Positions 28,530 to 39,787 of a stretch of 47,137 nt of DNA are shown piece after piece. This DNA comes from a bacterium (lineage in GTDB: Bacteria > Patescibacteriota > Patescibacteriia > SBBB01), in NCBI GenBank assembly GCA_005239895.1, contig SBBB01000016.1, positions 1 to 47,137 on the forward strand. Direction: 5' to 3'. Under the pieces are notes generated by a model. The model was not told where the DNA came from, ran no database searches, and saw nothing but the letters and a program-made list of their open reading frames with translations. A program made the position numbers and the translations under genes. Within the stretch, counting starts at the first letter, position 1; each line of letters begins with the position of its first letter.

Positions 28530-29551
28530 ATGCGAGATAAATACATTTCACTAGAAGAATATTCTGATCAGCAAAATCAACCTAAAAATTCACAACAAAA
28601 CACAACAGGCAAAGAAGAGCAACAAACCCCAAACAACAACATAAGTTTAATCAACCTAGATAATATAAAAAATCCAGACAGACTAAAAAGAAGAAAAATA
28701 ATTTTAAACAACCTAAACAAAAATGAACTGATAACTGCCGTACAAGAAGGTATTCAAAAAAAACTAATAGAACACGTGGAAAAAGAACGAGAGCGAGTAC
28801 GCGCAATAGAAGAAACCATAGCCACAAAAGAAAAATACGCACAAAAAAACTAGAAACCGAGCAAGGTGATAGAGAATTTCTTGATTATTTTAAAGCTTTT
28901 AACATAGCCCTAATAGCTAACCAAGAAGCCGTGCGCACTAATCAAAAAGAACTACTTCAAACCAGCAAAAATGATATTTGGGTATTCATGGATAAAATTT
29001 TTAAATACATTGAAAATAAAAAACAAATAAAATACTGGGAACTAGATGCTGTGGAAAATAATGTTGTCAATAAAATTAAAATTCCTGATTTTAAAAAAGC
29101 GGTTCAAGTACGCTTAGCAGCGCTTGAGTTTAAATTCGCAATGTCAAAAATTATCCGAATCGAAAATAAACACGAGCTTGACGCGCCTGATAACACGCAA
29201 ACACAACTCCAGTTAAATAATCAACTAAGAAAACAATACGAAACAGAGGCTCGCTTACAATACAGCAGGAAATATAATATGCAAAATCAAATAGATCAAT
29301 TAAGATTACTTGCCAGTATTAACGAGGAGCTCTCAACAATTTTTACCGTCGTAAAACAAATAAACAGAGGTAAAGAAATAACTGAAGGGGATATATTTGA
29401 CATTCGTACTAGAAGACCAGTTTTAATAAAAATACTCAAAGAAGTAAAAGAACTACGCAAGGCTCATACAACAAAACCAGAAATAGCAACACCAGAAGAT
29501 AGTGTGGTTAAAAAAATTACGCACTTTTTGATAAAAAAACCAAAGCTCTAG
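28530..29551 (+). CDS. Hypothetical coiled-coil protein split by a -1 frameshift at A7 (28843-28849)
   Basis: CAA AAA AAC TAG; the -1 frame is open from this run into ORF 28931-29551. Confidence 0.6.
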
Positions 29552-29592
29552 TTTCATGACCTTTGGGAATTAAATGCCAGCAAAACCCGTCT

Positions 29593-29674
29593 TGTCATCC
29601 TCGGGCTTGACCCTGGGATCAAGGTTAATTATTAGTGTACACGCTCCTGGATTCCCGTCTTCACGGGAATGACA
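29593..29674. repeat. REP/dRS3-like inverted doublet
   Basis: TGTCATCCTCGGGCTTGACCCTGGGATC ... CTGGATTCCCGTCTTCACGGGAATGACA. Confidence 0.75.
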
Positions 29675-29727
29675 GAAGAGGTAATTTTAAATAAAACTAA
29701 ACTATGCTATTATTAATGTAATATTTT

Positions 29728-30900
29728 ATGACTATACAAAAAATTTACATTGGCGGTTGGTTTCAAAGAACTACCCTGCATTTAACCGAAATCTGGGACT
29801 TTCTGGACAAAGGTGAATCTAATCTGGAGTTTTCAAAAGAAGAGCTTAATAAAATACAGAGCTCTTTATCTATTAAGACCATAACTAGAGAAAGCGGGCT
29901 ACTAGAGTATATATCTGTCGAAACCAACCAACAAATCGACTACCGAATATACGAGGATGGATTAATTGTTTTAGAAAAAAACTTTGAAACTTTAAAAAAC
30001 GATTTTGAAGAAATTAAAGATTACTACGACAATAAACTTTCCAAAGCATTGTCTTTTATTTTTAGTAAGGGCGCTCCGGTTCCGAAAGAACTCGCCAATA
30101 TTAAAACCATTTTGCCATATATTATAACTGTAACAGACGCGTCCTCCGAAGAAGTAAAAACAATTTTCAAGGATTTTGATGAAAATGTTTATTCTACTTT
30201 AACCACTAAAAACATAGAAGTATATCGTGCTCCGGGTATAATTTTAATAAATAACCTGCAAGACGATAAACTTGCCAGAAATATTATTGAATCCCAAATA
30301 TTTTTTAGAGAATTCAAATCGCAACTGCACAGATATTTAGCAATTCATAGAATATTGTGGGAAAAAATCAAAACTATTAAGGAGCGAGGCGAGATAAAGG
30401 GGAGTGAAATAGATTTATTAAGAAATGAATTATCAATTTATCAAAAAACAATCAACTTAATTGGAGCTAGAATAGATCAAATGCCGGCTTATGTTCGAAC
30501 CAGACAAAAAATTACAGACGTAGAAAAAATTGACGATTACTTACAACCACTGTTTCAATTTAAATTTGAAACCTTGCTAGATACGCACGAATATATTAAA
30601 CATCTTTGGGGAATGACTAAAAACTATCTTACTTCGGCTCTTGAAATCATTTCTGAACTTCAAGCCAAAAGCACAAAAAACACCATCGCATCTTTGCAGG
30701 TTATTACAACCATTGGAGTTGTAGCTGGAATATTGGGATATCTTGGTAAAGAAACACCGCCTGAATTTACATTAATAGGAATAGCTTATTTTTTAATATT
30801 AATAGCAATGACCTTGGTTATCAATAGCGCGGTTTCAATATTTTTCAAAAATAGAAAATATACTATTAGCGTGAAAGATATAGAAAAAAATATTAAATAA
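29728..30900 (+). CDS. Hypothetical protein with CorA-like layout (soluble domain, long helices, 2 C-terminal TMs)
   Basis: Architecture only; no GMN motif. Confidence 0.55.
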   Translation: MTIQKIYIGGWFQRTTLHLTEIWDFLDKGESNLEFSKEELNKIQSSLSIKTITRESGLLEYISVETNQQIDYRIYEDGLIVLEKNFETLKNDFEEIKDYYDNKLSKALSFIFSKGAPVPKELANIKTILPYIITVTDASSEEVKTIFKDFDENVYSTLTTKNIEVYRAPGIILINNLQDDKLARNIIESQIFFREFKSQLHRYLAIHRILWEKIKTIKERGEIKGSEIDLLRNELSIYQKTINLIGARIDQMPAYVRTRQKITDVEKIDDYLQPLFQFKFETLLDTHEYIKHLWGMTKNYLTSALEIISELQAKSTKNTIASLQVITTIGVVAGILGYLGKETPPEFTLIGIAYFLILIAMTLVINSAVSIFFKNRKYTISVKDIEKNIK

Positions 30901-30948
30901 CCAAAACTTCTAGTTTTAATCGCGCATTATGGACAAAATACGGATTGA

Positions 30949-31048
30949 CCCAGTTAGAGATTTATATTTGATACGAATGAATAAACAAGAAAATAATTAT
31001 AATTCAACTTAAAACAATAAAAATACTTCTCAATAATCTCTAACGGGG
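30949..31048. mobile_element. 100-bp MITE, TSD TTGA, abutting a -35 box
   Basis: CCCAGTTAGAGA...TCTCTAACGGGG; the right TSD starts a TTGACT-17-TATAAT promoter. Confidence 0.8.
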
Positions 31049-31117
31049 TTGACTTTGTCAAAAAAACATGTTATAATTAGTGTATTAAAATAATTCATCA
31101 AGTTTTCATAACTTTTT

Positions 31118-33373
31118 ATGAATGAAATACTCAATCCATCGCCTAGCCCAGAAAACCAAGCCTCAACAACGCCTCAACAGCCAGCATCTCAACCAACACC
31201 TCAAATAGATTCTAAAATAAAAGGCCATTTTATTATACTGGGCTTTGTTTTATTGTCAATTTTTTTAGTGGGAATGATGTATTTGGGCGGACTTGAGCCT
31301 GACCCAACAGCATCGGGTGGCCAAGCTTATGGGTACTCTACCTGGCTAGTTATTGCGTATTTAGCAGGTCTTTCCATGATTTTTTTGCCCTGCACTTTTC
31401 CACTTGTATTCGTAATTGTTCCACTAGTTCTTAGTAAGGGATATAAAAAAGGCTTTATAATGGCTATTTTATTTGGACTTGGCCTTTCGGTAACTCTTTC
31501 TATTTACGGGGTTGGAATGGCTTATTTAGGACAAAGAATTGGCTTAGATAAAGCAACCGAGGGGTTATTTATTTTTGGAGGTTTATTGGCTTATCTGTTT
31601 GGACTAGCTGAGCTAGGATATATTAATTTTAAAATCCCAACCTATAGCGGAGAACTACCTAAGTTTGTTCAAGCTAAAAATGATTATTTAAAAACATTTT
31701 TTTTAGGTTTATTTTTAGGAAATGCAGGGGTTGGATGCCCTAATCCTTGGTTTTATTTCTTGCTAGCTTATATTACAACTTCCGGCGATGTATTTAAGGG
31801 ACTATCGCTTGGTTTTATACACGGGGTGGGTAGGGCCATACCTTTATTACTACTGGCTGTTTTGGGTTTGGTTGGTTTAAACTACACGAGCAAAATTTTA
31901 ATAAACAAAACCAAAGTGGAAAGAGGCTTAGGGTGGTCTTTGACTTTTATCGGAGCATTTATTTTAGCTAATGGTGTTTTTAGCCACGAATGGTATGTTC
32001 AATCTGGTCTCCATAGTTACTGGGAAAGAATAACAGAATTTGTCATGGGCACTAGATTTGGCGAACGCATTGAACACATTCATGTTGCCATGCAAAGCGG
32101 TTTTTACACTTTAGGAAATTATATTCTGGTTGGATTATTTGTTTTCCCCATGTTATGGTATTTAGCCCGAACCTATATTAAATGCCCCTGGGATATAAAA
32201 ATCTCTGAAATTATATTTAAACTAATGGTAATTGTTATTGTGCTTGGATCTTTCTATCCTTTACTTACACATTTTGACAATGGAACAACCCAGACTATTG
32301 TGAGTAATATCGGATTAATTATTGGTGTTGTTGTGGCTTGGGCGTGGAATAAAAACGACATACTTGGTTTAATTAAAAAAACACCAGCCGCTGCAGAACC
32401 TGTGGTCCTGTCTGCAGAAGACAAAATAAAAACAATGAAAGCTGGCATCACAGCAACTATAAAAGTTATAGTTACAACAATTATATTATTAATGCTTTTT
32501 ACTCAATACTTCCCCAATAGCGTTAAAGACACCGAAGATCACAAAGAATATAAAATAATGTCGGCTGAAGCTGGTTTAAGCAACGAAATAACTATACATA
32601 ATACAAAAATAAAATTAATCCTTAACCCTGAGACTGTTGTGCCCGGCTCTTTAACAACATTTCAATTTCTTTTACTAGATGCTACAACCACTCTCCCCGT
32701 TAAAAACTTGCAAACCATACACACCAAACCAATGCATGTAATTCTAGCGCGAGAAGATCTTAATCATTTCAGCCACTTACATCCCGAATTAATTAATGAT
32801 CAGTACTCGGTTCAACATACCCTACCCGAAGAAGGATATTACAAACTATGGGTAGAATTTACAGCTCATGATATTACTCACTTAGCGGGATTTGAATTCA
32901 AAACCACCAATGTTACAGGTAAAAACAATAATTTACTAGTGCAGGATATGAGCCAAGAGAAAAAAATAGATGAATACTTGGTTAAATTGCAGTTTGGAAA
33001 ATTAACTGCCAACAAGCCCAGCCATTTAACTTTTACGGTCACAGATAGTAATGGCATTGCTGTAAACAAATTTGAAAATTACTTAGGAGCAACAGCGCAT
33101 GTAATCGCAATCAGCCAAGATATGGAAAATTTTGGGCATGCCCACATAGAAAAAAATGACTCCAAGCATGAAGGGGATCATCATGGTTTTAATTTAATTC
33201 CAATTGCGCACGCTGGACCTGGTCATGGTGCTGGCAACGATGATCACAAATCTACTGATTCAAATCTGGAAACTAGTTATACGTTTAAAAAATCTGGAAT
33301 TTATAAACTTTGGTTGCAATTTCAAATAAACCAAAAAGTTATAACTAGTGATTTCATGGTGCGAGTTGAATAA
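31118..33373 (+). CDS. CcdA/DsbD-like transmembrane redox protein fused to His-rich extracellular metal-binding domains
   Basis: FLPCTFP and GVGCPNP Cys pair; HTKPMH..HFSHLHP and AHVI..GHAH repeats. Confidence 0.7.
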   Translation: MNEILNPSPSPENQASTTPQQPASQPTPQIDSKIKGHFIILGFVLLSIFLVGMMYLGGLEPDPTASGGQAYGYSTWLVIAYLAGLSMIFLPCTFPLVFVIVPLVLSKGYKKGFIMAILFGLGLSVTLSIYGVGMAYLGQRIGLDKATEGLFIFGGLLAYLFGLAELGYINFKIPTYSGELPKFVQAKNDYLKTFFLGLFLGNAGVGCPNPWFYFLLAYITTSGDVFKGLSLGFIHGVGRAIPLLLLAVLGLVGLNYTSKILINKTKVERGLGWSLTFIGAFILANGVFSHEWYVQSGLHSYWERITEFVMGTRFGERIEHIHVAMQSGFYTLGNYILVGLFVFPMLWYLARTYIKCPWDIKISEIIFKLMVIVIVLGSFYPLLTHFDNGTTQTIVSNIGLIIGVVVAWAWNKNDILGLIKKTPAAAEPVVLSAEDKIKTMKAGITATIKVIVTTIILLMLFTQYFPNSVKDTEDHKEYKIMSAEAGLSNEITIHNTKIKLILNPETVVPGSLTTFQFLLLDATTTLPVKNLQTIHTKPMHVILAREDLNHFSHLHPELINDQYSVQHTLPEEGYYKLWVEFTAHDITHLAGFEFKTTNVTGKNNNLLVQDMSQEKKIDEYLVKLQFGKLTANKPSHLTFTVTDSNGIAVNKFENYLGATAHVIAISQDMENFGHAHIEKNDSKHEGDHHGFNLIPIAHAGPGHGAGNDDHKSTDSNLETSYTFKKSGIYKLWLQFQINQKVITSDFMVRVE

Positions 33374-33438
33374 TACGTGTCCTGTTAGAAGTATTTAATA
33401 GTCTAACGCTACAACAAACAAATTTAAATAAAAAATAT

Positions 33439-33939
33439 ATGAATACAAGTAATGACCAGCCTTCTAACGGGGTGAGTATAGACAACCAAACAACTTCTAA
33501 TGGGGTGAGTAACACGTCAAAAATAGTATTGGCAATTGTGGCTGTAGTTTTAATTGGACTTGGTTATGTGGGTTTAAATAAACTAAATCAAGGAGCCAAA
33601 GAAAGAATGGCTAAAGCTGAACAAGAAATAATTAAACCAAATGGTATTACCAAAGAATTTAATGTCAGGTCTTTTTCTTGGGGATGGAGCCCTGAAATTA
33701 TTGAAGTAAATGCTGGTGATACTGTTAAACTTATGGTTACAGTTGATCCTAATGATCCTAAGGGAGCAGTTGATCATGGTATTGGTATTGACGCTTTTAA
33801 AGTAATGACTTACTTGAAAGTGGGCGTACCAACTGAGGTGACATTTGTAGCATCCAAACGTGGGGAGTTTAAAATCTTTTGCTCAGTAGCTTGTGGAGAA
33901 GGGCATTTTGCAATGAATGGTAAATTAATTGTTAAATAA
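33439..33939 (+). CDS. Membrane-anchored cupredoxin with a CuA-type motif
   Basis: DHGIG..CSVACGEGHFAM; the N-terminus derives from duplicated MITE ends (SNGVS x2). Confidence 0.8.
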   Translation: MNTSNDQPSNGVSIDNQTTSNGVSNTSKIVLAIVAVVLIGLGYVGLNKLNQGAKERMAKAEQEIIKPNGITKEFNVRSFSWGWSPEIIEVNAGDTVKLMVTVDPNDPKGAVDHGIGIDAFKVMTYLKVGVPTEVTFVASKRGEFKIFCSVACGEGHFAMNGKLIVK

Positions 33940-33940
33940 T

Positions 33941-34087
33941 ATGAAAAAAATTGCCATAATTTTTATAGCAGGATTAATTTTTGCCATCTTGATGTTTTAT
34001 TTAAAAGAAATTAAAGGTTTAAAATTTTTTTGTAAATCTGAAAATGATGGTGGTCTAAAAATTTATTGCAATAAAGAAATTAAGTAA
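33941..34087 (+). CDS. 48-aa single-TM peptide with two Cys
   Basis: Fills the gap in the operon; MKKIAIIFIAGLIFAILMFYLK..C..C. Confidence 0.5.
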   Translation: MKKIAIIFIAGLIFAILMFYLKEIKGLKFFCKSENDGGLKIYCNKEIK

Positions 34088-34119
34088 TAAACTAATGGTC
34101 CTTAACAGGACATAACAAT

Positions 34120-34539
34120 ATGTCTAAAAATACAATTTTAATAATCGTAGTTGTTGTAATGTTTGTAGGTGGACTAATTTTTAAGCTAACATCTAAAGAT
34201 GGGTCTATAAAAATAGACCGAGCTCCGCAAAAAGTTGCAATCACGATCGTATCCCCCAAAAATCAATGGAAATTTATTCCGGATAAAATCACGGTAAAAC
34301 AATATGACGAAGTAACACTAACCTTAGTAAACGAAGATGAATATGACCATGGAATAGCCATTGATTTACTTGGGATCAATACTCGTATGCCAAGAACTAG
34401 CACCTCCACTGTATCTTTTACAGCCACTAAAACAGGAACTTTTAATTTTTACTGTTCAGTCGCATGTGGAGAGGGAATGGTTGATGGTAAAAAAAGAACC
34501 CACTATGATATGTTAGGATCTTTAATAATTGAACCGTAA
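34120..34539 (+). CDS. Membrane-anchored cupredoxin with a variant CuA motif
   Basis: DHGIA..CSVACGEGMVDGKKRTHYDM. Confidence 0.8.
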   Translation: MSKNTILIIVVVVMFVGGLIFKLTSKDGSIKIDRAPQKVAITIVSPKNQWKFIPDKITVKQYDEVTLTLVNEDEYDHGIAIDLLGINTRMPRTSTSTVSFTATKTGTFNFYCSVACGEGMVDGKKRTHYDMLGSLIIEP

Positions 34540-34563
34540 ATTACATAAAAAATAAATTTTTCT

Positions 34564-36969
34564 ATGATTGAAAAACTTACTTTAAAAATACGAGGCATGC
34601 ACTGTGCGGCTTGCAGTCAATTAATTGACAAAATGGTGTCTAAACAAGATGGTGTAATTACAGTGGATGCTAATTTTGGATCAGAAAGATTATACATAGA
34701 ATACGATACCGACAAAATAGCATTAATCAAAGTTAAAGAAGTAATGGCAAAAATGGGATATACTTTGGTTTTACCAAATGAAGAAAAAAAACTAGAGGAC
34801 GAACGCGAAGCTAGAGAAAAAGAAATTAAAGAATTAAGAAACATGGCAATTATTAGTTTTTTAATCTCTTCCCCCATTATTATTTATTACATGCTGGTGC
34901 ACATGTTTAATCTGTTTCATGTTCACGAATTTTTCGCAATGTTAGAACAAGCCTGCAAATATCTCGGTATTGAAAACATCCCAGAATTTATAACTAATCC
35001 AAAATATAAAATTGACTTAAATTATATATATTTTGTAATGACTACTCCGGTTCAATTTGGAGTGGGTTGGGTGTTTTTTAGAAACGCTTACACAGCTGTA
35101 AGAGCTGGTTCTAGCAATATGGATGTATTAGTGGTTATAGGAACCGGGGCTGCTTATCTTTTTAGCGCGCTGGGGTTTTTCTTTTTTGAAATTGATCATC
35201 CTTACTGGGAGTCTTCAGCAGCTTTAATCTCATTTATTATATTGGGTCGTTATTTAGAGGTATTAGTAAAAGGTAGAGCTAGTGACGCAATTCGCAAACT
35301 TTTAAATTTAACTCCACCTACGGCTTTTGTAATTAGAAATGATCAAGAGCTAGAAATACCAGTTGATCAGGTTGTTTTAGATGATATTCTTGTAGTACGG
35401 CCCGGAACCAAAGTTCCAGTGGATGGTATTGTTGTAGAAGGAAAATCCTCGATTGATGAAAAAGTTATCACTGGAGAATCTATGCCTGTTGGTAAAGATG
35501 TTGGGGACCAAGTTATTGGAGCAACTATAAATCAATATGGCTTGTTAAAAATAAAAGCTAACAAAGTTGGCAAAGACACTTTATTGCACCAAATTGTGCG
35601 CATGGTTGAAGAAGCTCAGGCTACTAAGGCCCCTATTCAAAGAATGGCGGATTTAATTTCTGAATACTTTGTGCCTATTGTTATTGGCTTGGCGTTTTTG
35701 GCTTTTTCTTATTGGTATTTTATTTTTGGAATTAACTTTAAAGCTTCGTTAATTATAGCTGTGGCAGTTTTAATTATTTCTTGTCCGTGCGCCATGGGAT
35801 TGGCTACCCCAACTGCGATTATGGTTGGCACAGGCAAAGGCGCTGGTTACGGAATTTTAATTAAAGGTGGAGAAGCTCTAGAAAATGCCTATAAAATAAA
35901 TGCCATTGCTTTTGATAAAACTGGCACACTAACTAAAGGCGAGCCTAGTGTTACGGATGTTGTAACTTTTAATGGTTTTCAAGAAAACGATGTTTTGAAA
36001 TTAGCAGGATCAGTTGAAAGCGGTTCAGAACATCCACTTGCTAAATCAGTTGTTAAGGCTTGTGTGGAAAGAAAATTAGAAATACAATCACCCAAAGAAT
36101 TTATAAGCACGCCTGGACTGGGTGTTCAAGCTATATTAAACGAAGGAAGAATAGCTATTGGGAATCAACCTCTTTTAGATTCTCTAAATATTCAAACTAC
36201 AGATAATATAACCAATGAACTGCATAGATTACAGAACGAAGCTAAAACAGTTGTCTTTGCCCTAAAAGATCAACAAATTATGGGGTTAATTGCTATGGCC
36301 GACACTCTAAAAGAGTCCTCTGTAGAAGCTATTGGTACTTTAAAAAAATTTGGCTTAGAAATTGTAATGATTACGGGCGACAATGAAAAAACAGCCCAAG
36401 CTATTGCTAAACAAGTTGGAATTGAAAGAGTAATGTCTCAGGTCTTACCTCAAGACAAAGAAAGAGTGGTTGAAAAATTACAATCTGAAGGGAAGGTAGT
36501 TGCTATGGTTGGCGATGGAGTAAATGATTCTCCTGCTTTAGCTAGGGCTGAAATTGGAATCGCAGTTGGATCAGGAACTGATATTGCTATTGAAACTGGA
36601 AATATTGTTCTTATTAAAGATGACCTTAGAGATGTTGCCACAGCTATTGAACTTTCTAAAGAAACTATCTGGAAAATTAAACAGAACTTGTTCTGGGCTT
36701 TTATTTATAATATTATTGGTATACCTGTTGCTATGGGTGTTTTAATTTTCCTAAGTCAAAAAGGATTCATATCTAGATCTATTGAATCTGGATTGCGACC
36801 TGAAATAGCTGGTTTTGCCATGGCATTCAGCTCTATATCTGTGGTAAGCAACTCGTTGCTGCTAAAATTATACAAACCCAACACCAACCGCATGCGCATC
36901 ATAGATTTAATTTTGGGTTTGTGTTTTATAGCGTTTTTATACTTTTTATATATTAAATTTATACAATAA
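34564..36969 (+). CDS. copA: Cu(I)-translocating P1B-type ATPase
   Basis: GMHCAAC, TGES, CPC, DKTGT, SEHP, GDGVND, YN and MAFSS motifs. Confidence 0.95.
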   Translation: MIEKLTLKIRGMHCAACSQLIDKMVSKQDGVITVDANFGSERLYIEYDTDKIALIKVKEVMAKMGYTLVLPNEEKKLEDEREAREKEIKELRNMAIISFLISSPIIIYYMLVHMFNLFHVHEFFAMLEQACKYLGIENIPEFITNPKYKIDLNYIYFVMTTPVQFGVGWVFFRNAYTAVRAGSSNMDVLVVIGTGAAYLFSALGFFFFEIDHPYWESSAALISFIILGRYLEVLVKGRASDAIRKLLNLTPPTAFVIRNDQELEIPVDQVVLDDILVVRPGTKVPVDGIVVEGKSSIDEKVITGESMPVGKDVGDQVIGATINQYGLLKIKANKVGKDTLLHQIVRMVEEAQATKAPIQRMADLISEYFVPIVIGLAFLAFSYWYFIFGINFKASLIIAVAVLIISCPCAMGLATPTAIMVGTGKGAGYGILIKGGEALENAYKINAIAFDKTGTLTKGEPSVTDVVTFNGFQENDVLKLAGSVESGSEHPLAKSVVKACVERKLEIQSPKEFISTPGLGVQAILNEGRIAIGNQPLLDSLNIQTTDNITNELHRLQNEAKTVVFALKDQQIMGLIAMADTLKESSVEAIGTLKKFGLEIVMITGDNEKTAQAIAKQVGIERVMSQVLPQDKERVVEKLQSEGKVVAMVGDGVNDSPALARAEIGIAVGSGTDIAIETGNIVLIKDDLRDVATAIELSKETIWKIKQNLFWAFIYNIIGIPVAMGVLIFLSQKGFISRSIESGLRPEIAGFAMAFSSISVVSNSLLLKLYKPNTNRMRIIDLILGLCFIAFLYFLYIKFIQ

Positions 36970-36970
36970 T

Positions 36971-37183
36971 ATGCAACATTTAACATTAACTATCGACGGT
37001 ATGCACTGCGGATCTTGTTCTGTGTCTATTGAATTATTATTAAACAACACAACTGGGATTAGTTCAGCCCAAGTTAATTTTGAATCTAAAAAAGCTGAAG
37101 TTGATTTTGACCCCAGTAAAATAAATACGGAAACTATTATTAAAAGCATAGAAGAGGTTGGCTTCAAGGCTGAGGTTGTGTAA
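36971..37183 (+). CDS. copZ: Copper chaperone (HMA domain)
   Basis: GMHCGSC. Confidence 0.88.
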   Translation: MQHLTLTIDGMHCGSCSVSIELLLNNTTGISSAQVNFESKKAEVDFDPSKINTETIIKSIEEVGFKAEVV

Positions 37184-37189
37184 ACACCC

Positions 37190-37420
37190 TGTCATTCCCG
37201 CGCAGGCGGAAATCCAGGAGCGCTCCCAAATAATAATAAACCTATATTCTTAATCAAATTTTCAATCCAATAATTCAATCTTTATAAAAGAGATTACTTT
37301 TCTAAGCTGAAATTAAGTTTCAGATTTATATTTCACTTGTTTAATTATTTAAAATATAGAAAAAACATTCTTTAAATAAACCTGAAATAAACCTGGATTC
37401 CCGCCTTCGCGGGAATGACA
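37190..37420. repeat. REP/dRS3-like inverted doublet
   Basis: TGTCATTCCCGCGCAGGCGGAAATCCAG ... CTGGATTCCCGCCTTCGCGGGAATGACA. Confidence 0.8.
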
Positions 37421-37574
37421 TAAACTACAGTTATTAATAACCTAGCATAATAAATTTAGAAACGACACTATTCGCATCGGTTCTACAAATATTAAAAATC
37501 TAAACGAACAATCCCCAGGGCGCACACGCGTGTTGCCCTGGGGTTAAAAAAATGTAGCCGTATTAAGCTTAATG

Positions 37575-37769
37575 TTATCTAAAATATCTGTCTCTGAAAC
37601 TTCTAAGCCCCGATATAACCGTAATTATCAATATGATTAAGCTCGAGTGATAGATTACTGTAATTTTATCTGGCTCTAACAAAACAACTGTGAATAAAAT
37701 TTTAATTACACCCATTAAAAATACAATCCATAAAAGACTTTCTCCTATTTTTATCACTGTTTTAGCCAT
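37575..37769 (-). CDS. Small 2-TM orphan protein
   Basis: SD AAAGGGG; hairpin CCCCAGGGC/GCCCTGGGG downstream. Confidence 0.55.
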   Translation of the reverse strand: MAKTVIKIGESLLWIVFLMGVIKILFTVVLLEPDKITVIYHSSLIILIITVISGLRSFRDRYFR

Positions 37770-37870
37770 GACATACCCCTTTTCTGTTATTGTTTAACAA
37801 CACGTCTACCATCAACCGAAACACATAAAAACCATATCACAATTACAGGCTTTTGTCAGCCCGGGTTGAC

Positions 37871-38011
37871 CTACTTAACTGTCAATTTAACTCGTCCTTT
37901 GACGCGGCGGCGTTTTAAAACGTTTCTACCAGCAATAGTTCTCATGCGAGATAAAAACCCATGTTTTCTAAATTTTCTTCTAGTTTTAGGCTGAAAAGTT
38001 CTTTTTGGCAT
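37871..38011 (-). CDS. rpmH: 50S ribosomal protein L34
   Basis: [46 protein letters not shown]; divergent from dnaA; not in the ORF track. Confidence 0.95.
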   Translation of the reverse strand: MPKRTFQPKTRRKFRKHGFLSRMRTIAGRNVLKRRRVKGRVKLTVK

Positions 38012-38025
38012 AAAAAAATATTAAG

Positions 38026-38056
38026 TTATAAACAAATAATTAACAAGTTATCCACT
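38026..38056. promoter_or_regulatory. DnaA-box-like sites upstream of dnaA
   Basis: TTATAAACA (38026) and TTATCCACT (38048). Confidence 0.55.
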
Positions 38057-38157
38057 GAACCCAATTTAAAACCCATAATTTGCGCGCTCACTTGTTTTGT
38101 AGTAAACTATATTATAATATAGTTTCTAAAAATAAACAATACTCATACAATGTTTTT

Positions 38158-39582
38158 ATGAATAAAATGGACCATGACAAACTATGGGAATCTGCTTTGG
38201 GCGAACTAGAAATGTCTTTAAGCAAGGCTAATTTTACAACCTGGTTTAAAAACACCCACCTAGTTTCTTACAACAATGATGTTGTTATAATTAATGTCCC
38301 TAATTTATTCACTAAAGCTTGGTTTGAAAAAAAATATAATCATACCGTGCTTAAGGTTTTACAAACCATCACCCAGTCCAGAATTAAAGAAGTTGTATAT
38401 ACTATAGATTTAGATAATAAATATCAACCTAATGATTTTTTTAAACATAAAACTGAAAACGACGAACAGGGTTGTGATTACGACAAAACCCAGATCAAAA
38501 CTCAAACCCAAACTCAATTTCAAACCCCGGATAATAACCTAAACAATTTATCATCTAATACGCTTAATCATAAATATAAATTTGAAAATTTTATTGTTGG
38601 TAAGGGTAGTGAATTGGCTCACGCCGCAGCTATGGCAGTTGTAAAATATCCATTCTCAGCTTACAACCCATTATTTATTTATGGAGATGTTGGGCTTGGT
38701 AAAACCCATTTAATGCAAGCCATTGGTCATGGGTTTATCCAACAAAACCCGTCTACCAAGGTAGTGTACGTAACTCTAGAAAAATTTATGAATGATTTTA
38801 TTCAAGCGGTGCGAATGGGGAAAACTGATAACTTTAATAACTTATACCGAAACTGTGATTTGTTATTAATAGATGATATTGAATTTATATCTGGTAAAGA
38901 GGGCACGCAAGACGCGTTCTTTCATACTTTTAACTCCTTATATCAAAACAACAAACAAATAGTGTTAACCTCTGATAGACCACCCAAATCTATTGCCGCG
39001 CTAGAAGATAGGTTGGTATCTAGGTTTGAGTGTGGCATGGTGGCTGATATATCTTCCCCAGACTTTGAAACCCGGCTGGCTATTTTAGATGTAAAGTGTA
39101 AAGACAAGGGTATTAATCTTAAACAAGATGTTATGCATTATGTGGCGTCTAACTTCCAAAACAATATTAGAGAACTAGAGGGGGCGTTAAACCGAATAAT
39201 CACTTACGAACAAATTAATAACGCGCAAGTTGATCTAAATATAGTTGTAGATATTTTTTCTTACATTACCAAACCTAAAAGTAAAAACAACCCAATTACA
39301 ACCAAGCTGGTTATAAACACGGTTATTAATTACTATAATATTGAGTTCGAACAATTAATAAGCAATAGTCGAAAAAAAGAATTGGTTATGCCCAGACAGA
39401 TTATTATGTACTTATTAAGAAAAGAAACCAATATTTCTTACCCTTTAATTGGGAAAGAAGTTGGCGACAGAGACCACACCACAGTGATTCACGCTTTTAA
39501 CAAGATTAATAATGAAATAAACAAAAACGAGCGCTTAAAAACAGATATCAAGAATATTAAAGAAAGGTTATATAGTTATTAG
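38158..39582 (+). CDS. dnaA: Chromosomal replication initiator DnaA
   Basis: YNPLFIYGDVGLGKTHL, FFHTFN, SDRPP, NIRELEG, RDHTTVIH; start at 38158 or 38167. Confidence 0.97.
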   Translation: MNKMDHDKLWESALGELEMSLSKANFTTWFKNTHLVSYNNDVVIINVPNLFTKAWFEKKYNHTVLKVLQTITQSRIKEVVYTIDLDNKYQPNDFFKHKTENDEQGCDYDKTQIKTQTQTQFQTPDNNLNNLSSNTLNHKYKFENFIVGKGSELAHAAAMAVVKYPFSAYNPLFIYGDVGLGKTHLMQAIGHGFIQQNPSTKVVYVTLEKFMNDFIQAVRMGKTDNFNNLYRNCDLLLIDDIEFISGKEGTQDAFFHTFNSLYQNNKQIVLTSDRPPKSIAALEDRLVSRFECGMVADISSPDFETRLAILDVKCKDKGINLKQDVMHYVASNFQNNIRELEGALNRIITYEQINNAQVDLNIVVDIFSYITKPKSKNNPITTKLVINTVINYYNIEFEQLISNSRKKELVMPRQIIMYLLRKETNISYPLIGKEVGDRDHTTVIHAFNKINNEINKNERLKTDIKNIKERLYSY

Positions 39583-39787
39583 ATTTACTGTTTATAATAC
39601 CATGAATAAGTTGTTGATTTTTATTTTTAAAAAAAGTAGTCATATAAACATACACACCCCATCAACATTAAACTAACAAGATATGTTAAACAAAAACATT
39701 AATCTAATAACACTATTAAGGTTTATCAACACAATACACATGAATATTATTACTATTATATAAATATATTAAATAAATAATATAAAT
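39583..39787. other. Probable oriC
   Basis: dnaA-dnaN intergenic region, degenerate DnaA boxes (TGTTTATAA 39589, TTATCAACA 39723), AT-rich tail. Confidence 0.7.
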
